From Mobula birostris (Eukaryota), in the NCBI RefSeq assembly GCF_030028105.1, contig NC_092392.1, forward strand, positions 6,588,613-6,652,612: 64,000 nucleotides of DNA, read 5' to 3'. Both the position numbers and the translations under genes were made by a program. The notes below the pieces were generated by a model that worked only from the letters and a program-made list of their open reading frames with translations, was not told the origin of the DNA and searched no databases. This document shows, in pieces, positions 27,101-39,009 of the stretch (the stretch's first letter is position 1; each line of letters opens with the position of its first letter).

Positions 27101-30100
27101 GAAAAAATTTTAGAGTCAACATTTAATAAAGATATTGGTCTATAAAATGCACATTGAGCAGGGTCTTTATCCTTCTTTAATATTAAAGAGATTGATGCTC
27201 TATAAAAGGATTCGGGAAGTTTACCAAGTTTTAATGAGGCCTCCAGAACCCTGAATAACCAAGGGATTAATGAGGATGCAAAAAATTTATAAAATTCCGT
27301 GGTAAACCCATCAGGACCAGGAGCTTTCCCCGGGTTCATAGAAAAAATAACATTCTTAAATCAGTGGTAAAGGAAGTGCCTAACATAGAAGATATATCAT
27401 GTGAAATCTTAGGGAAATCTAGGTTATCTAAAAAGTCATACATATGTTTAGAATCTCGTGGAAACTCTGATTGATATAAAGAGGAATAAAAGTCAAAAAA
27501 GGATTGATTAATCTCAGCTTGATCAAATATCAGTTGATCTTTTTGATTATAAATCTGATTAATTTTAAATTTAGTATAGTTAGTCTTCAACTGATTAGCC
27601 AACAGTTTACCAACTTTGTCACTATGTATATAAAATTCGCTTCTTGTTTTCATTAATTGATTTGCAATCGAGGACGAAAGTAATAAACTGTGTTCTATTT
27701 GAAGTTCAGTTCTTTGTTTATACAACTTCTCAGAGGGAGCTGTAACATATTTCTTATCAATTTCCTTAATCTTGTGCACAATAACCAACTCCTCCTGCTT
27801 CAGCTTCTTCCTCAAAGCAGCAGAATACGAGATGATCTGACCACGAATATAAGCTTTAAAAGTATCCCAAAGGGTGTTCATGGATATATCCTCTGTACAG
27901 TTGATTGTAAAAAAGAGATCAATCTGTTCATTCATAAAGTTAACAAAATCCGAGTCCTGAAGCAACAGCAAATTGAAGCGCCATTGTCTTTTATTTTGTG
28001 TATTGGCCAATATTTTAATAGAAAGCTTAAGTGGAGCATGATCCGAAATGGTTATAGAGTCATATTCACATTTAACCACTGAAGAAATAAGACGAGAGTC
28101 AATAAAAAAATAATCAATTCTTGAATAGGAATGATGAACTTGTGAAAAAAAAGAAAAATCTTTTTCCTGAGGATGCAAAAAATGCCAAATGTCCGTCGAC
28201 CCGGAACCTGAGAGAAATGAATTAATCAAGGTTGCAGATTTACTGGGTAGAGTCCGTAAAGGAGCCGAACGGTCCAATAATGGGGATAAACAAGTATTAA
28301 GATCTCCACCCCAGATCAGTGAAAACTCATTCAAATTCCGGAACAAATTAAATAATGATTTATAAAATTCTAGACAGTCCAGTTTAGGAGCATAGATGTT
28401 AACCAAAACTACCTTTTTATTAAAGAATAAACCACTAACCAATAGAAATCTACCATTCGGATCCGAAATAATATCGTGTTGCACAAAAGTGATTGAGGGA
28501 TCTATAAAAATAGAAACTCCTCGAATTTTGGCGTTGGAATTCGAATGGAAGTGTTGAGCCTTCCAGAACTTAAAAAAACGTAATCTGTCCCATCTTCGCA
28601 CATGGGTCTCTTGTAAAAATAGAATATGTGCTTTAAGTCTCCAGAATACTTTAAAGACTTTTTTCCTTTTAATTGGATGATTAAGACCATTAGTATTCCA
28701 AGAGACAAAATTAATAATAGACTCCATAATCCCTAAAGTCAACCCTCAAATAAAGGAGGATTGACAATAGGTTCGACCCACGAACCCGGAAAGGGAACAG
28801 AGTAAACAAGAGATAACGGGAAAGAGAATGCGACCAATACTTCGGTAATATAAGTATCCCAAGAAGAAAGAAAGACTAAAAAGTGAAGCCACCCCCCCAC
28901 CCCGTAACCCCAAAGCTAAATCTAAGATAGACCAGCCAGAAAGAAGCGAGCACTAGAGCTACCCCCATGACTTCCGATAGACGCTCACTAAAAGAAAGTA
29001 TATATATAAAAAGATCAGCTAAAGTTATAAAACAGTAAAGGAATAAAAAAAAGTACACCAATTAAAACGAAAATGATATAATACAAAGAAAAAACAGGTA
29101 CATATAAAGAAAACCGTTAACCTACAACAGACCGTATAATTAAACAAGAAAATGAAATATTAGCATAGACTAGCCAAGAAAACTACAAAAAGTACGTTTG
29201 AAAATTACAAAGTTTAAGGCCTCCAGGGATATACATAAAATGATGCTGTGGGAATGGCCACCCAGAATCCCCAGGGAAGAAGAAAGGGATGATGCAGTTA
29301 AAAAAAAAGTTTGGCAACCATATTAATTAAACCGAAAAAAACTTTTCTGCCCTCATATAAAGCAAAAAAAAATTAAACCCAACAGATTAACTGCCTCCGA
29401 TCAAACAGAGATGATTTAATAGTGCGATTAAGATGTTGAAGGCAAGAGTTGATCCAGGTAACTCTGGGCTTCTGATGGAGAGTCGAAAAAACGGGAAGAC
29501 CTATCAGACAATCGAATCCTCAAACGTGCGGGATAAAGCAACACTGGTTTTAAATCCGTCATGTAGAATTCCGGCATCACAGATCTGTAACCGACACGTT
29601 GATCATGAATCTGTTTACTAAAATCTTCCACCAATCGAAAGTGAAGATCCGAGAAATCAATGTAACCTTTAGGTCGAACAAAGCGAAGCAGCTTCCCCTT
29701 GTCTTGAAAATAATGAAATCGTAAAATAACATGCCAAGGTTTATCTGACTTAGGCAAATATAATGGGACTCTGTGAGCCCGATCGAACAGTGGTGGTTGA
29801 TCCGGAAATAAAGTGGGAAATGAATCTTTTAAAAGTTGAGAGAAAAACTTTATAGGGTCATCAGAGTCAGCAGCTTCACGAATACCAATAATTCGAATGT
29901 TCTGCCATCACATTCTGCATTCTAAGTCAGAATTTTTAAAGGTCAGAAAGTCAAATTTTTTCTTCATTACAGTAATTGTTTCTTCAATTTTCCCCATCTT
30001 GAGTTCATTTTGTTGCGTGGATACCTGGAGATTAGATATAGCAGTCTGATGTTCCGTGATGTTTTCATTTTATCAATTTCATCGATAATTTTCTGCAGTT

Positions 30101-30829
30101 TAGTTGAAATTTCCGCACGAATCAGATCTGATATAGCTTGCATAGTTACTGCTGGTTCAATCGGAGGAGGGTCGGTAACTTTCGGTCTAACCAGAGGTTT
30201 GCCATCTTTCCCGTTCTTAGACATAGCGGACCTTAAAAGCATCCAAATATATAATTACAATCCGCTGCAAGGTATTGTAAAAATTGGTGCCTGAAAAGTT
30301 AGCTTAAATGTAGCTGATCATAGGATAAAGCTCAGAGGTAATGGAGCGAGTCAAGAACACAACTTCACTCCATCAGCTCTACCGGAAGTCTCAACAGTTT
30401 AAATCAACTGACCTTAAATTCCTTCAGAGAGAGAGAGCCTTTTTGCATGAACTCATTGCGCTATTGCAAGAGTTATTTCAATGCAGATTCTCTTCAACGA
30501 AGACTCAATAAGGTCCATCCTTTATTAAACTGCCAAAAAAAGCCAACTTCTCTCGATCCTTCACTTCGATGAATTCTTCACTCTCCCTTCAAAACTGTCA
30601 AAATTGAGTAAATTGGCACTTCCAGCCACAAATTTCCAGTTCAAATACAATATCTTGTAAGAGAACGCACCTTCTGTTTTAAAAGTGAAACTGCGTCACA
30701 AAAACAAACACGCAACAGAAACGGAGGCACAACACGTTCTACCTGGAAATCTACAAACTCAAAAACCTACTGCGTCACCTGAGTCGACCCTTATCTAGTC
30801 ATGGGGCACGTGTCATCACGTGACCTCAC
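24195..30829. mobile_element. LTR-like element (~0.8 kb) split by the L1 insertion
   Basis: Starts tgttac and ends ctcaca; non-coding; the halves are joined by the L1 TSD. No convincing TSD of its own. Confidence 0.4.
24556..30392 (-). mobile_element. Full-length L1-clade LINE, decayed (ORF1 ~29428-30242; ORF2 ~25017-28742)
   Basis: 5' end gacttccgg; ORF1 'HVILRFHYFQDK...LYPARLRI'; APE endonuclease 'SWNTNGL..QETH..SDHAPL'; RT 'RQGCPLSPLLF..LYADD'; CCHC 'CDRC..HMFWSC'; A-rich tail; TSD aacagtt(c/t)aaa at 24545-24555 and 30393-30403; several frameshifts. Confidence 0.93.
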
Positions 30830-30938
30830 AACCGGTGGGAAAATCACATCAGGTGATTTTCCAAAAGACCATTACATCATTCTCACAAAAAAAAACAGAT
30901 CTCCTTGAGCATGTAACACAGGAAAAAAACAATGGTGA

Positions 30939-31320
30939 TTATACGATAGCCTGCAAAGAAAGTGACGAAGTGGTCAGGAGCTGCACCCTACTTTCATGGA
31001 TTGGATCATTATCTGCTGCATTCTTGCTTTTCTGAAGAAGCTTGTTGATATTTGCTTTTATCTTTCCAACCTTAGCACGGGTACTTTGGTCGGGTATGCA
31101 GCTCTCATCCTCCAGGTCTTTTAAAATCGTTCTCAGTATTTTCTGAAGCCATTCCGTGTCATACTTTGGACAGGAAGAGAGCAGTTCTTCGACCTGCGTT
31201 TCAACTCGTTGTAAGAGTTCTTCATCATCTTTGATTTTAGTGATGACTTGCAGCCCACAACATGACTCCACCTGTGCAATGTTTCTCTGTGCAACATCAC
31301 TGAAGTTGTTCGCACATATA
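30939..31320 (-). CDS. Terminal exon: last LRR plus ~100-aa C-terminal helical region, stop TAA
   Basis: Acceptor ttcctgttttcag|T (phase 2); ICANNFSDVAQRNIAQVESCCGLQVITKIKDDEELLQRVETQVEELL...SLQAIV*; frame matches the preceding LRR exon. Confidence 0.85.
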
Positions 31321-32999
31321 CTGAAAACAGGAAGGAAATTATCTTTAGCAGATGCTTCAAGTGTATGTATATACAGAACTGTGTAAAAGTCTTAGGCACA
31401 TAGACAATAGACAATAGGTGCAGGAGTAAGCCATTCGGCCCTTCGAGCCAGCACCACCATTCACTGTGATCATGGCTGATCATCCACAATCAGTATCCAG
31501 TTCCTGCCTTCTCCCCATATCCCACATATAAACAGCTAAGGTGCATAGACCTTTTCACAGCTCTGTATTTGTCAACATAGAGCGGAAACCAAGTTTGTAA
31601 CTCTGGTGGGAGCAAAGGATGTTGGGAATGAATTGCCGCAGGAAGGGTGTGGCACAGGTGGCAGAGAAGGAATGCCGGGACTTTGATTACAAACAATTGG
31701 TTTATTGATCATTACAGAATGTCTCTCTGATGCTTACCACTCCCTCCCCTCTCCTTTCCCCTTTTCCCAACCATGAGTCCACTCTCCCTGCCCCCTTCTT
31801 GTTCTCAGTCCACAGTAGACAGTCCATCAGGCCTCACACAACAGTCTGTCAGGTTTATCGTTACTCACATTGACCCATGGAGTTGTTTTTTTTTGCATCA
31901 GCAGTCCAGTGCAATAATAACATTACTAACCTTAGCTATATATATGTGCCTCAGACCTTTGCACAGTACTGTAAACCAAGAATCAAGAAAACTCAGTTTT
32001 GACCACCTGTGCAAGTTGCAGTAAGGCAAGGGTTAACATAATATCTGGGCAAGGACAGATTGCAGAGAGACCAGGCAATAACGGTCTTTGAAAAGCATAG
32101 CTTCCATTATGCATAACAGATTACTGGAGCCATTTTGGCTTCCTGCAGATGAGAGAAGAATAGAACAAAAAGATGCAAAATACACAGACCAACAAAGGGA
32201 CAATTCCTTTACTAAATTCAAAGTAACATAGCTTGTAGTTTCTATTGACTTTTAACACCTGTTTTGTGAATGTTGATTGATATTGCAAGTAAAAAAATTC
32301 AAGAATACATAGTTTACCAAATGGTCAATATACACAACTGTGCCTGAATTATGTATGAAAATAGCATTTTTCTTTCCTGACTTCAGAACAGTGTAAGTGA
32401 CAAGGGTCACGCTGTTCTACTTGTGCACAAGTCAATTACAGTATGTTTAAGGAATGGGTGTGTGCCTTCAGAGGCCAGTTGATCAGTGATGACACACCTT
32501 ATTGACTTCATTGCCCAGGTCTTGATAAACTCAGAATTGTACAATGAGAGAGTGACCCATCATCCCACTGTGGCCATGCAGCCACTTCAAAACTCTATAA
32601 CCGGTCACACTTCCTGATCTTTCCAGCAAACATGTGAATCTATTGTTCACATACTTATGAATCTCGTTTGAAAAGTTGCATTAAATCTACAGAATAAACA
32701 AAAATTTCCTTGGATTTTATTTTTTCCTAAGTATTTCTGTGTCCTCTCATTCTTTGCTGCCAATAGAAACAATTCATTAACACAAGAGATCCTGCAGATG
32801 CTGGAAATCCAAAGTAACATATACAAAATGCTGGAGGAACTCCACAGCTTGGGCAGCATCTATGCAGAGGAATAAGCAGTTGCTATTTCGTCATTAGCAC
32901 TGGAAAGGAAGGGGGAAGAAGCCAGAATGAGAAGGTGGGAGAATGGGAAGGATTACAAGCCAGCAGGTTATAGGTGAAATCAGGTGTGTGGGTGGGGGA

Positions 33000-34665
33000 G
33001 AGGGGATGACGAGAGAAATTGAATTGTGTAAGGTAAAGGAAACAAGAAGGGTAGTTATGGAAAGTATGACAATTAAAGAAGAGGAAGTACTGGCACTTTT
33101 AAGGAATATAAAAGTGGATAAGTCTGCGGGTCCGGACAAGATATTCCCTAGGACCTTGAGGGAAGTTAGTGTGGAAATAGCAGGGGCTCTGACAGAAATA
33201 TTTCAAATGTCATTAGAAACGGGGATGGTGCCGGAGGATTGGCGTATTGCTCATGTGGTTCCATTGTTTAATAAGGGTTCTAAGAGTAAACCTGGCAATT
33301 ATCAGCCTGTGAGTTTGACGTCAGCGGTGGGTAAATTGATGGAAAGTATTCTTAGAGATGATATATATAATTATCTGGATAGACAAAGTCAACATGGATT
33401 TGTGCATGGAAGGTCATGTTTCACAAATCTTATTGAATTTTTTGATTAGGTTACTAAGAAAGTTGACGAGGGTAAAGTGGTGGATGTTGTCTATATGGAC
33501 TTCAGTAAGGCCTTTGACAGGGTTCTACACGGAAGGTTAGTTAGGAAAGTTCAATCGTTAGGCATTAATATGGAAGTAGTAAACTGGATTCAGCAGTGGC
33601 TAGCTGGGAGATGCCAGACAGTGGTGGTGGATAACTGTGTGTCAGGTTGGAGGACGGTGTCTAGTGGTGTGCCTCAGGGATCGGTACTGGGTCCAATGTT
33701 GTTTGTCATATACATTAATGATCTGGATGATGGGGTAGTAAATTGGATTAGTAAGTATGCAGATGATACTAAGATGGGTGGAGTTGTGGATGATGAGGTG
33801 GGTTTTCAAAACTTGCAGAGATATTTAGGACAGTTAGAAGAGTGGGCTGCAAGATGGCAGATGGAGTTTAATGCTGAAAAATGTGAGGTGCTACATTTTG
33901 GTAGAACTAATCAAAATAAGACATACATGGTAAATGGTAGGGCATTGAAGAATGCTGTAGAACAGAGGGATCTAGGAATAATGGTGCATAGTTCTCTGAA
34001 GATGGAATCTCATGTGGATAGGGTGGTGAAGAAAGCTTTTGGTTTGCTGCCTTTATTAATCAGAGCACTGGGTATAGGAGTTGGGATGTAATGTTGAATT
34101 TGTATGAGGCATTGGTAAGGCCAAATCTGGAGTATTGTGTACAGTTCTGGTCACCGAATTATAGGAAAGATGTCAATAAAATTGAGAGAGTACAGAGGAG
34201 CTTTACTAAAATGTTGCCTGGGTTTCATCTCCTAAGTTAAAGAGAAAGTTTGAACAAGTTAGGTCTTTATTCTTTGGAGCGTAGAAGGCTGAGGGGGGAC
34301 TTGATAGAGGTGTTTAAAATTATGAGGGAGATGGATAGAGTTGACGTGGTTAGACTTTTTCCATTGAGAGTGGGGAAGACTCAAACAAGCGGACATGGGT
34401 TGAGATTTAGAGGACAAAAGTTTAGGGGTAACATGAGGGGGAACTTCTTTACTCAGAGAGTGGTAGCTGTGTGGAATGAGCTTCCAGTAGAAGTGGTTGA
34501 GGCAGGTTCTATGTTGTCGTTTAAAGTTAAATTGGATAGATATATGGACAGGAAAGGAATGGAGGGTTATGGGCTGAGTGCAGGTCGGTGGGACTAGGAT
34601 AGGGTAAGAGTTCGGCACGGACTAGAAGGGCCGAGATGGCCTGTTTCCGTGCTGTAATTGTTATA
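33000..34665 (+). mobile_element. CR1 LINE 3' portion
   Basis: RT 'GVPQGSVLGPMLF.IYINDLD', 'KYADDTK', 'LGLYSLERRRLRGDLIEVFK'; CR1-type 3' end. Confidence 0.92.
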
Positions 34666-35079
34666 TGGTTATATAGATGATGGGAGGTGATAGGTGGAAG
34701 AGGTAACGGACTGAAGAAGGAAACAGTGGACCATGTGAGTTAGGGAAGAAGGAGGGGCGGCAGAGGGAGGTGACGGGCAGGCGAGGAGAAGAAGGAGTAA
34801 AAAGAGAGTCAGAATGGGGAATGGAGAAAGAGAAAAGGGGGAGAGGGGAGTTACCATAAGTTAAAGAAATCCATGTTTTGCCCTTTGTCCTCTTCAGTAC
34901 AATTTCCAAATCCACATTTTTTTTCAATTGATTACATGAAGCATGTTTCTGCTTCCAAAAGAAATACCTCATTTTTGTCAGCCACTGATAACTGAGGGTC
35001 AGTTAGAGGTTTGAGTAAAAATGCACTTTCAATCCTAGCTCCTCTCCTTCCCCCATACTTAGAAAAACACATTACAGCT

Positions 35080-35985
35080 ATAGACAATAGACAATAGGTG
35101 CAGGAGTAGGCCATTTGGCCCTTCAAGCCAGCACCACCATTCACTGTGATCATGGCACCCACAATCAGTATCTAGTTCCTGCCTTATCCCCATAACCTTT
35201 GATTCCGCCATCTTTAAGAGCTCTATCCATCTCTTTCTTGAAAGCATCCAGAGACTTGGCCTCCACAGCCTTCTGGGGCAGAGCATTCCATACATCCACC
35301 ACTCTCTGGGTGAAAAAGTTTTTCCTCAACTCCGTTCTAAATGGCCTACCCCTTATTCTTAAACTGTGGCCTCTGGTTCTGGACTCACCCATCAGCGGGA
35401 ACATGCTTCCTGCCTCCAGCGTGTCCAATCCTTTAATAGTCTTATATGTTTCAATAAGATCCCCTCTCAGCCTTCTAAATTCCAGAGTATACAAGCCCAG
35501 TTGCTCCAATCTTTCGACATATGACAGTCCCGCCATCCTGGGAATTAACCTTGTGAACCTACGCTGCACTCCCTCAATAGCAAGAATGTCCTTCCTCAAA
35601 TTTGGAGACCAAAACTGCACACAGTACTCCAGGTGTGGTCTCACCAGGGCCCTGTATAGCTGCAGAAGGACCTCTTTGCTCTTATACTCAATTCCCCTTG
35701 TTATGAAGGCCAGCATGCCATTAGCTTTCTTCACAGCCTGCTGTGCTTGCATGCTTGCTTTCAGTGACTGATATACAAGAACACCTAGATCTCCTTGTAC
35801 TTCCCCTTTTCCAAATTTCACTCCATTTAGATAATAATCTGCCTTCCTGTTCTTACCACCAAAGTGGATAACCTCACAATTATCCACATTAAACTGCATC
35901 TGCCATGTATCTGCCCACTCACCCAACCTGTCCAAGTTACCCTGCATTCTCATAACATCCTCCTCACATTTCACACTGCCACCCA
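35080..35985 (-). mobile_element. CR1 LINE 3' fragment
   Basis: 269-aa ORF 'YRALVRPHLEYCVQFWSP..LGLYTLEFRRLRGDLIETYK'. Confidence 0.92.
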
Positions 35986-36129
35986 GCTATCTCTGTATCT
36001 GTGTTACCAGTTGCTCCTTGCCTGGTGCAGAACACCACAGAGGACATGTGCAGGTATACACATGTTGACGTGGATATTTTTGAAATAAACTGCATATCAC
36101 AGGCACACACTCATCTACCAAATACTTAC

Positions 36130-36297
36130 AAGAGTTTCTGGAGAGTTGTGTTCAGTCTCAGGTACTGAATCATGTCCTCTGTGCCATCATCTGTAATCCC
36201 ATTGTCATACAAACGAAGGACTTTGAGACTATTGTTCCCTGCCAGAGCTTTCCACAAAGACCGAGCTCCTGTGGAACCAAAACAGTTTGTACCACAC
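36130..36297 (-). CDS. LRR exon (168 nt, two repeats)
   Basis: Acceptor ctgttttcag|G and donor CTCTT|gtaagt; phase 2-2; CGTNCFGSTGARSLWKALAGNNSLKVLRLYDNGITDDGTEDMIQYLRLNTTLQKL. Confidence 0.92.
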
Positions 36298-36392
36298 CTG
36301 AAAACAGAACCAAACAGCAAATATGAGTGATTACAGTTTCAAGTGAAATATGAAAAATTTTACATGAAGATTTATGTGATGAAAAATCTCAC

Positions 36393-36479
36393 GATAGCGT
36401 CTCTATTCTGCATTCTGGGTTTTGAAGGATACCACTCAAAATCTCTGCTGACTTCTCGGTCAGTTTGTTGGAGCTTATC
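36393..36479 (-). CDS. LRR exon (87 nt)
   Basis: Acceptor ttgtgttccag|G and donor CTATC|gtgaga; phase 2-2; ISSNKLTEKSAEILSGILQNPECRIETLS is a 29-aa RI-type LRR. Confidence 0.9.
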
Positions 36480-36742
36480 CTGGAACACAAGGCAATGAAA
36501 ACGATTAATTTGGAGAACTCCAGCCTCACAAACTGCTGACCGGGAGGACAGCCTGAAAATAAACACTTGGGGCACAGTCAGGAGAACGGAGATAACAAGC
36601 AATGTCTTTCTATTGTTTATAATCTTTTCTATTTATTTATAAATGAATATAATCTTCAGATGGCTATATGATTAAGAGATCCTGTTTCTGTTAGGGGGAG
36701 GGGGAGGGAAATATTTCCTACACAAATCGGATTGAATTCAAC

Positions 36743-36957
36743 CGTGCCCACACTGTGCCCGTACGCACATCCAGTGCCATTACCATAACCATACTCACAC
36801 CCGGTGCCCATACCGTACCCGTACTCGCACCCGATGCCCGTACCGTACCCGTGCTCACACCCAGTGCCCACACCGTACCCTTATACACACACCCAGTGCC
36901 CACACCGTACCCGTACTCACACCCAGTGCCTACACCGTACCCGTACACACACCCAGT
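36743..36957. repeat. 30-bp minisatellite (~7 copies) in an NLR intron
   Basis: Unit ~cacacccagtgcccacaccgtacccgtact. Confidence 0.85.
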
Positions 36958-39009
36958 CATTAATGAAAATATCTAATCAGACAGTCATGTGGTACCAACA
37001 CAAAGCACAAAAGCATGCAGACATGGTCAAGAGGTTCAGTTACAAACAACAGAAAATCTGCAGATGCCGTAAATATAAGCAACACACACAAAATGCTGGA
37101 GGAACTCAGCAGCCCAGGCAGTATCTATGGAAAAGAGTGCAGTCGATGTTTTGGGCTGAGACCCTTCAGCAGGACTGGAGAAAAGGAGATGAGGAGTCAG
37201 AGTTCGAAGGTGGAAGGTGGAGGAGGAGAAACACAAGGTGACAGGTGAAACTGGGAGGGCGAGGAGAGAAGTAAAGAGCAGGGAAGTTGATTGGTGAGAG
37301 AGATAGAAGGCTGGAGAAGGGAGATTCTAAGAGAACAGAAGGCTATGGAAGAAAGAAAAGTGAGGCGAAGCACCAGAGGGTATATAAGGAGATAAGGTGA
37401 GAGAGGGAAAAGGGGATGGGGAATGGTGAAGGAGGGGACATCACCAGAAGTTCAAGAAATCAATGTTCATGCCACCAGGTTAGAGGCTACCCAAATGGAA
37501 TATAAAGTGTTGCTCCTCCAACCTGAGTGTGGCCTCATTGCAACAGTAGAGGAGGCCATGGATGGACATGGTGGAATAGAAATGGGAAGTGGAATTAAGG
37601 TTGGTGGCCACTGGGAGATCCCATTTTTCTAGTGGAGGGTGCGTAGGTGCTTGGCACAAGGAACCTCACTCAAGTGATGATCTGCTAAATCTGAGACCAT
37701 TCTCAGATGAGTAGCTACTTATATAAAATGCCAGACCTACCAAAGAAGCGATCTGTAATCTCGATGTCTGGTTCGCCTCATTTAGCTGGTTCGGACCGGT
37801 CAGAGTTGAGAGACACAAATGTAAGGCTGGGGTGAGCAGAACCATGAAACAATGTTGGCTGTAGCCCTGTACAATGACCAGTAAGGAGGTGATCCAGGTA
37901 GGTCAGGTGACCTTGAGCCAATGGGACGGAGATCCAATGGTTCAATTGATGAGGAACACTATAAGAGGCAGGAGCTCCAAAAACACAGGAGCATTACTCT
38001 CCAGCAACCTGAGACCAGCCTTCATGGATAGGGAGGACCCCACAGACACGTGGAGATCCGGACCATGAGGAATGCCTGGCCAGCGTAGAATCCTCTCCTG
38101 ATAATACCTTTTCTCTTCATTAACTGTTCATGGAGGGTCAGGGATTTTAGTAGGGTGTAGACACATAGTTAGTTTGTGAGCCCATGTTCTTTTTAGTTTG
38201 GACAGTAAAAGTTAATTGTCAGTAAATACAGATTCTCTGTGCCTCATTCTTCATTATTACAAGGGGTGATTCTTGAAACAGTGTGATGTGAGTAGACAAA
38301 TTGCTTTGATTCAGGAATAAACGTTGAAAGAGTCCATTGCTGCTGTTCTGTTGAATGTATGGTGGGCTACGAATTACAGAAAGACCATATTCCCCAGCAA
38401 GTACATTTGCACCAGACAAAGGAAACTAGATCTTTTTATAGAGATCAATAAAGTCTTTGCAAACAGAATGTATGGCCAGAACCAAACAGAACGGTTATGC
38501 CATCAGGAATGGTCGAGGAGAGGGTTATGATTGCACCACATAACTGGTGGGGATACAGTGGAGAACAAGCCCTTCTGGCCCTTCCAGCCACACTGCCCAG
38601 TTACCCGAGCCTAATCATGGGACAATTTACAATGACCAATTCACCGACTAACTGGTGTAACCTTGGACTGTGAGACGAAACCGGATCACCTGGAGGAAAC
38701 CCACACGGAAACGGGAAGGAACATATAAACTTGCTCACTGACGGCACTGGAACTGAACTCTGAACTCTGTAATAGCATCACACTAACTGCTACGCTGCAC
38801 TGGTGGCCTGGTATTTATTGCACTGGTAGTGTCTATTACCATTGTTGCTTTGAAAAGTGGCATCACCACATGAAAGAACGGACTTTGGTCAAGACAGTGC
38901 AGAATCACCAAATTCAGGACAAAGAATGTGAACAGCATATACGCAGAGTATACAACAAAATAAATTACTGCAACTTGGGCTTAGTAGTCTTAAGAAAAGT
39001 ATTACTCAC

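Noticed and set aside
25017-30242. Active L1
   Set aside because: ORF1 and ORF2 are broken by several frameshifts and stops.
36372-36602. 76-aa ORF from the track
   Set aside because: Wrong frame; the real LRR exon (36393-36479) is in another frame.
36656-37241. G/Y/C- or P/T-rich ORFs
   Set aside because: Derived from the 30-bp minisatellite and Penelope sequence.
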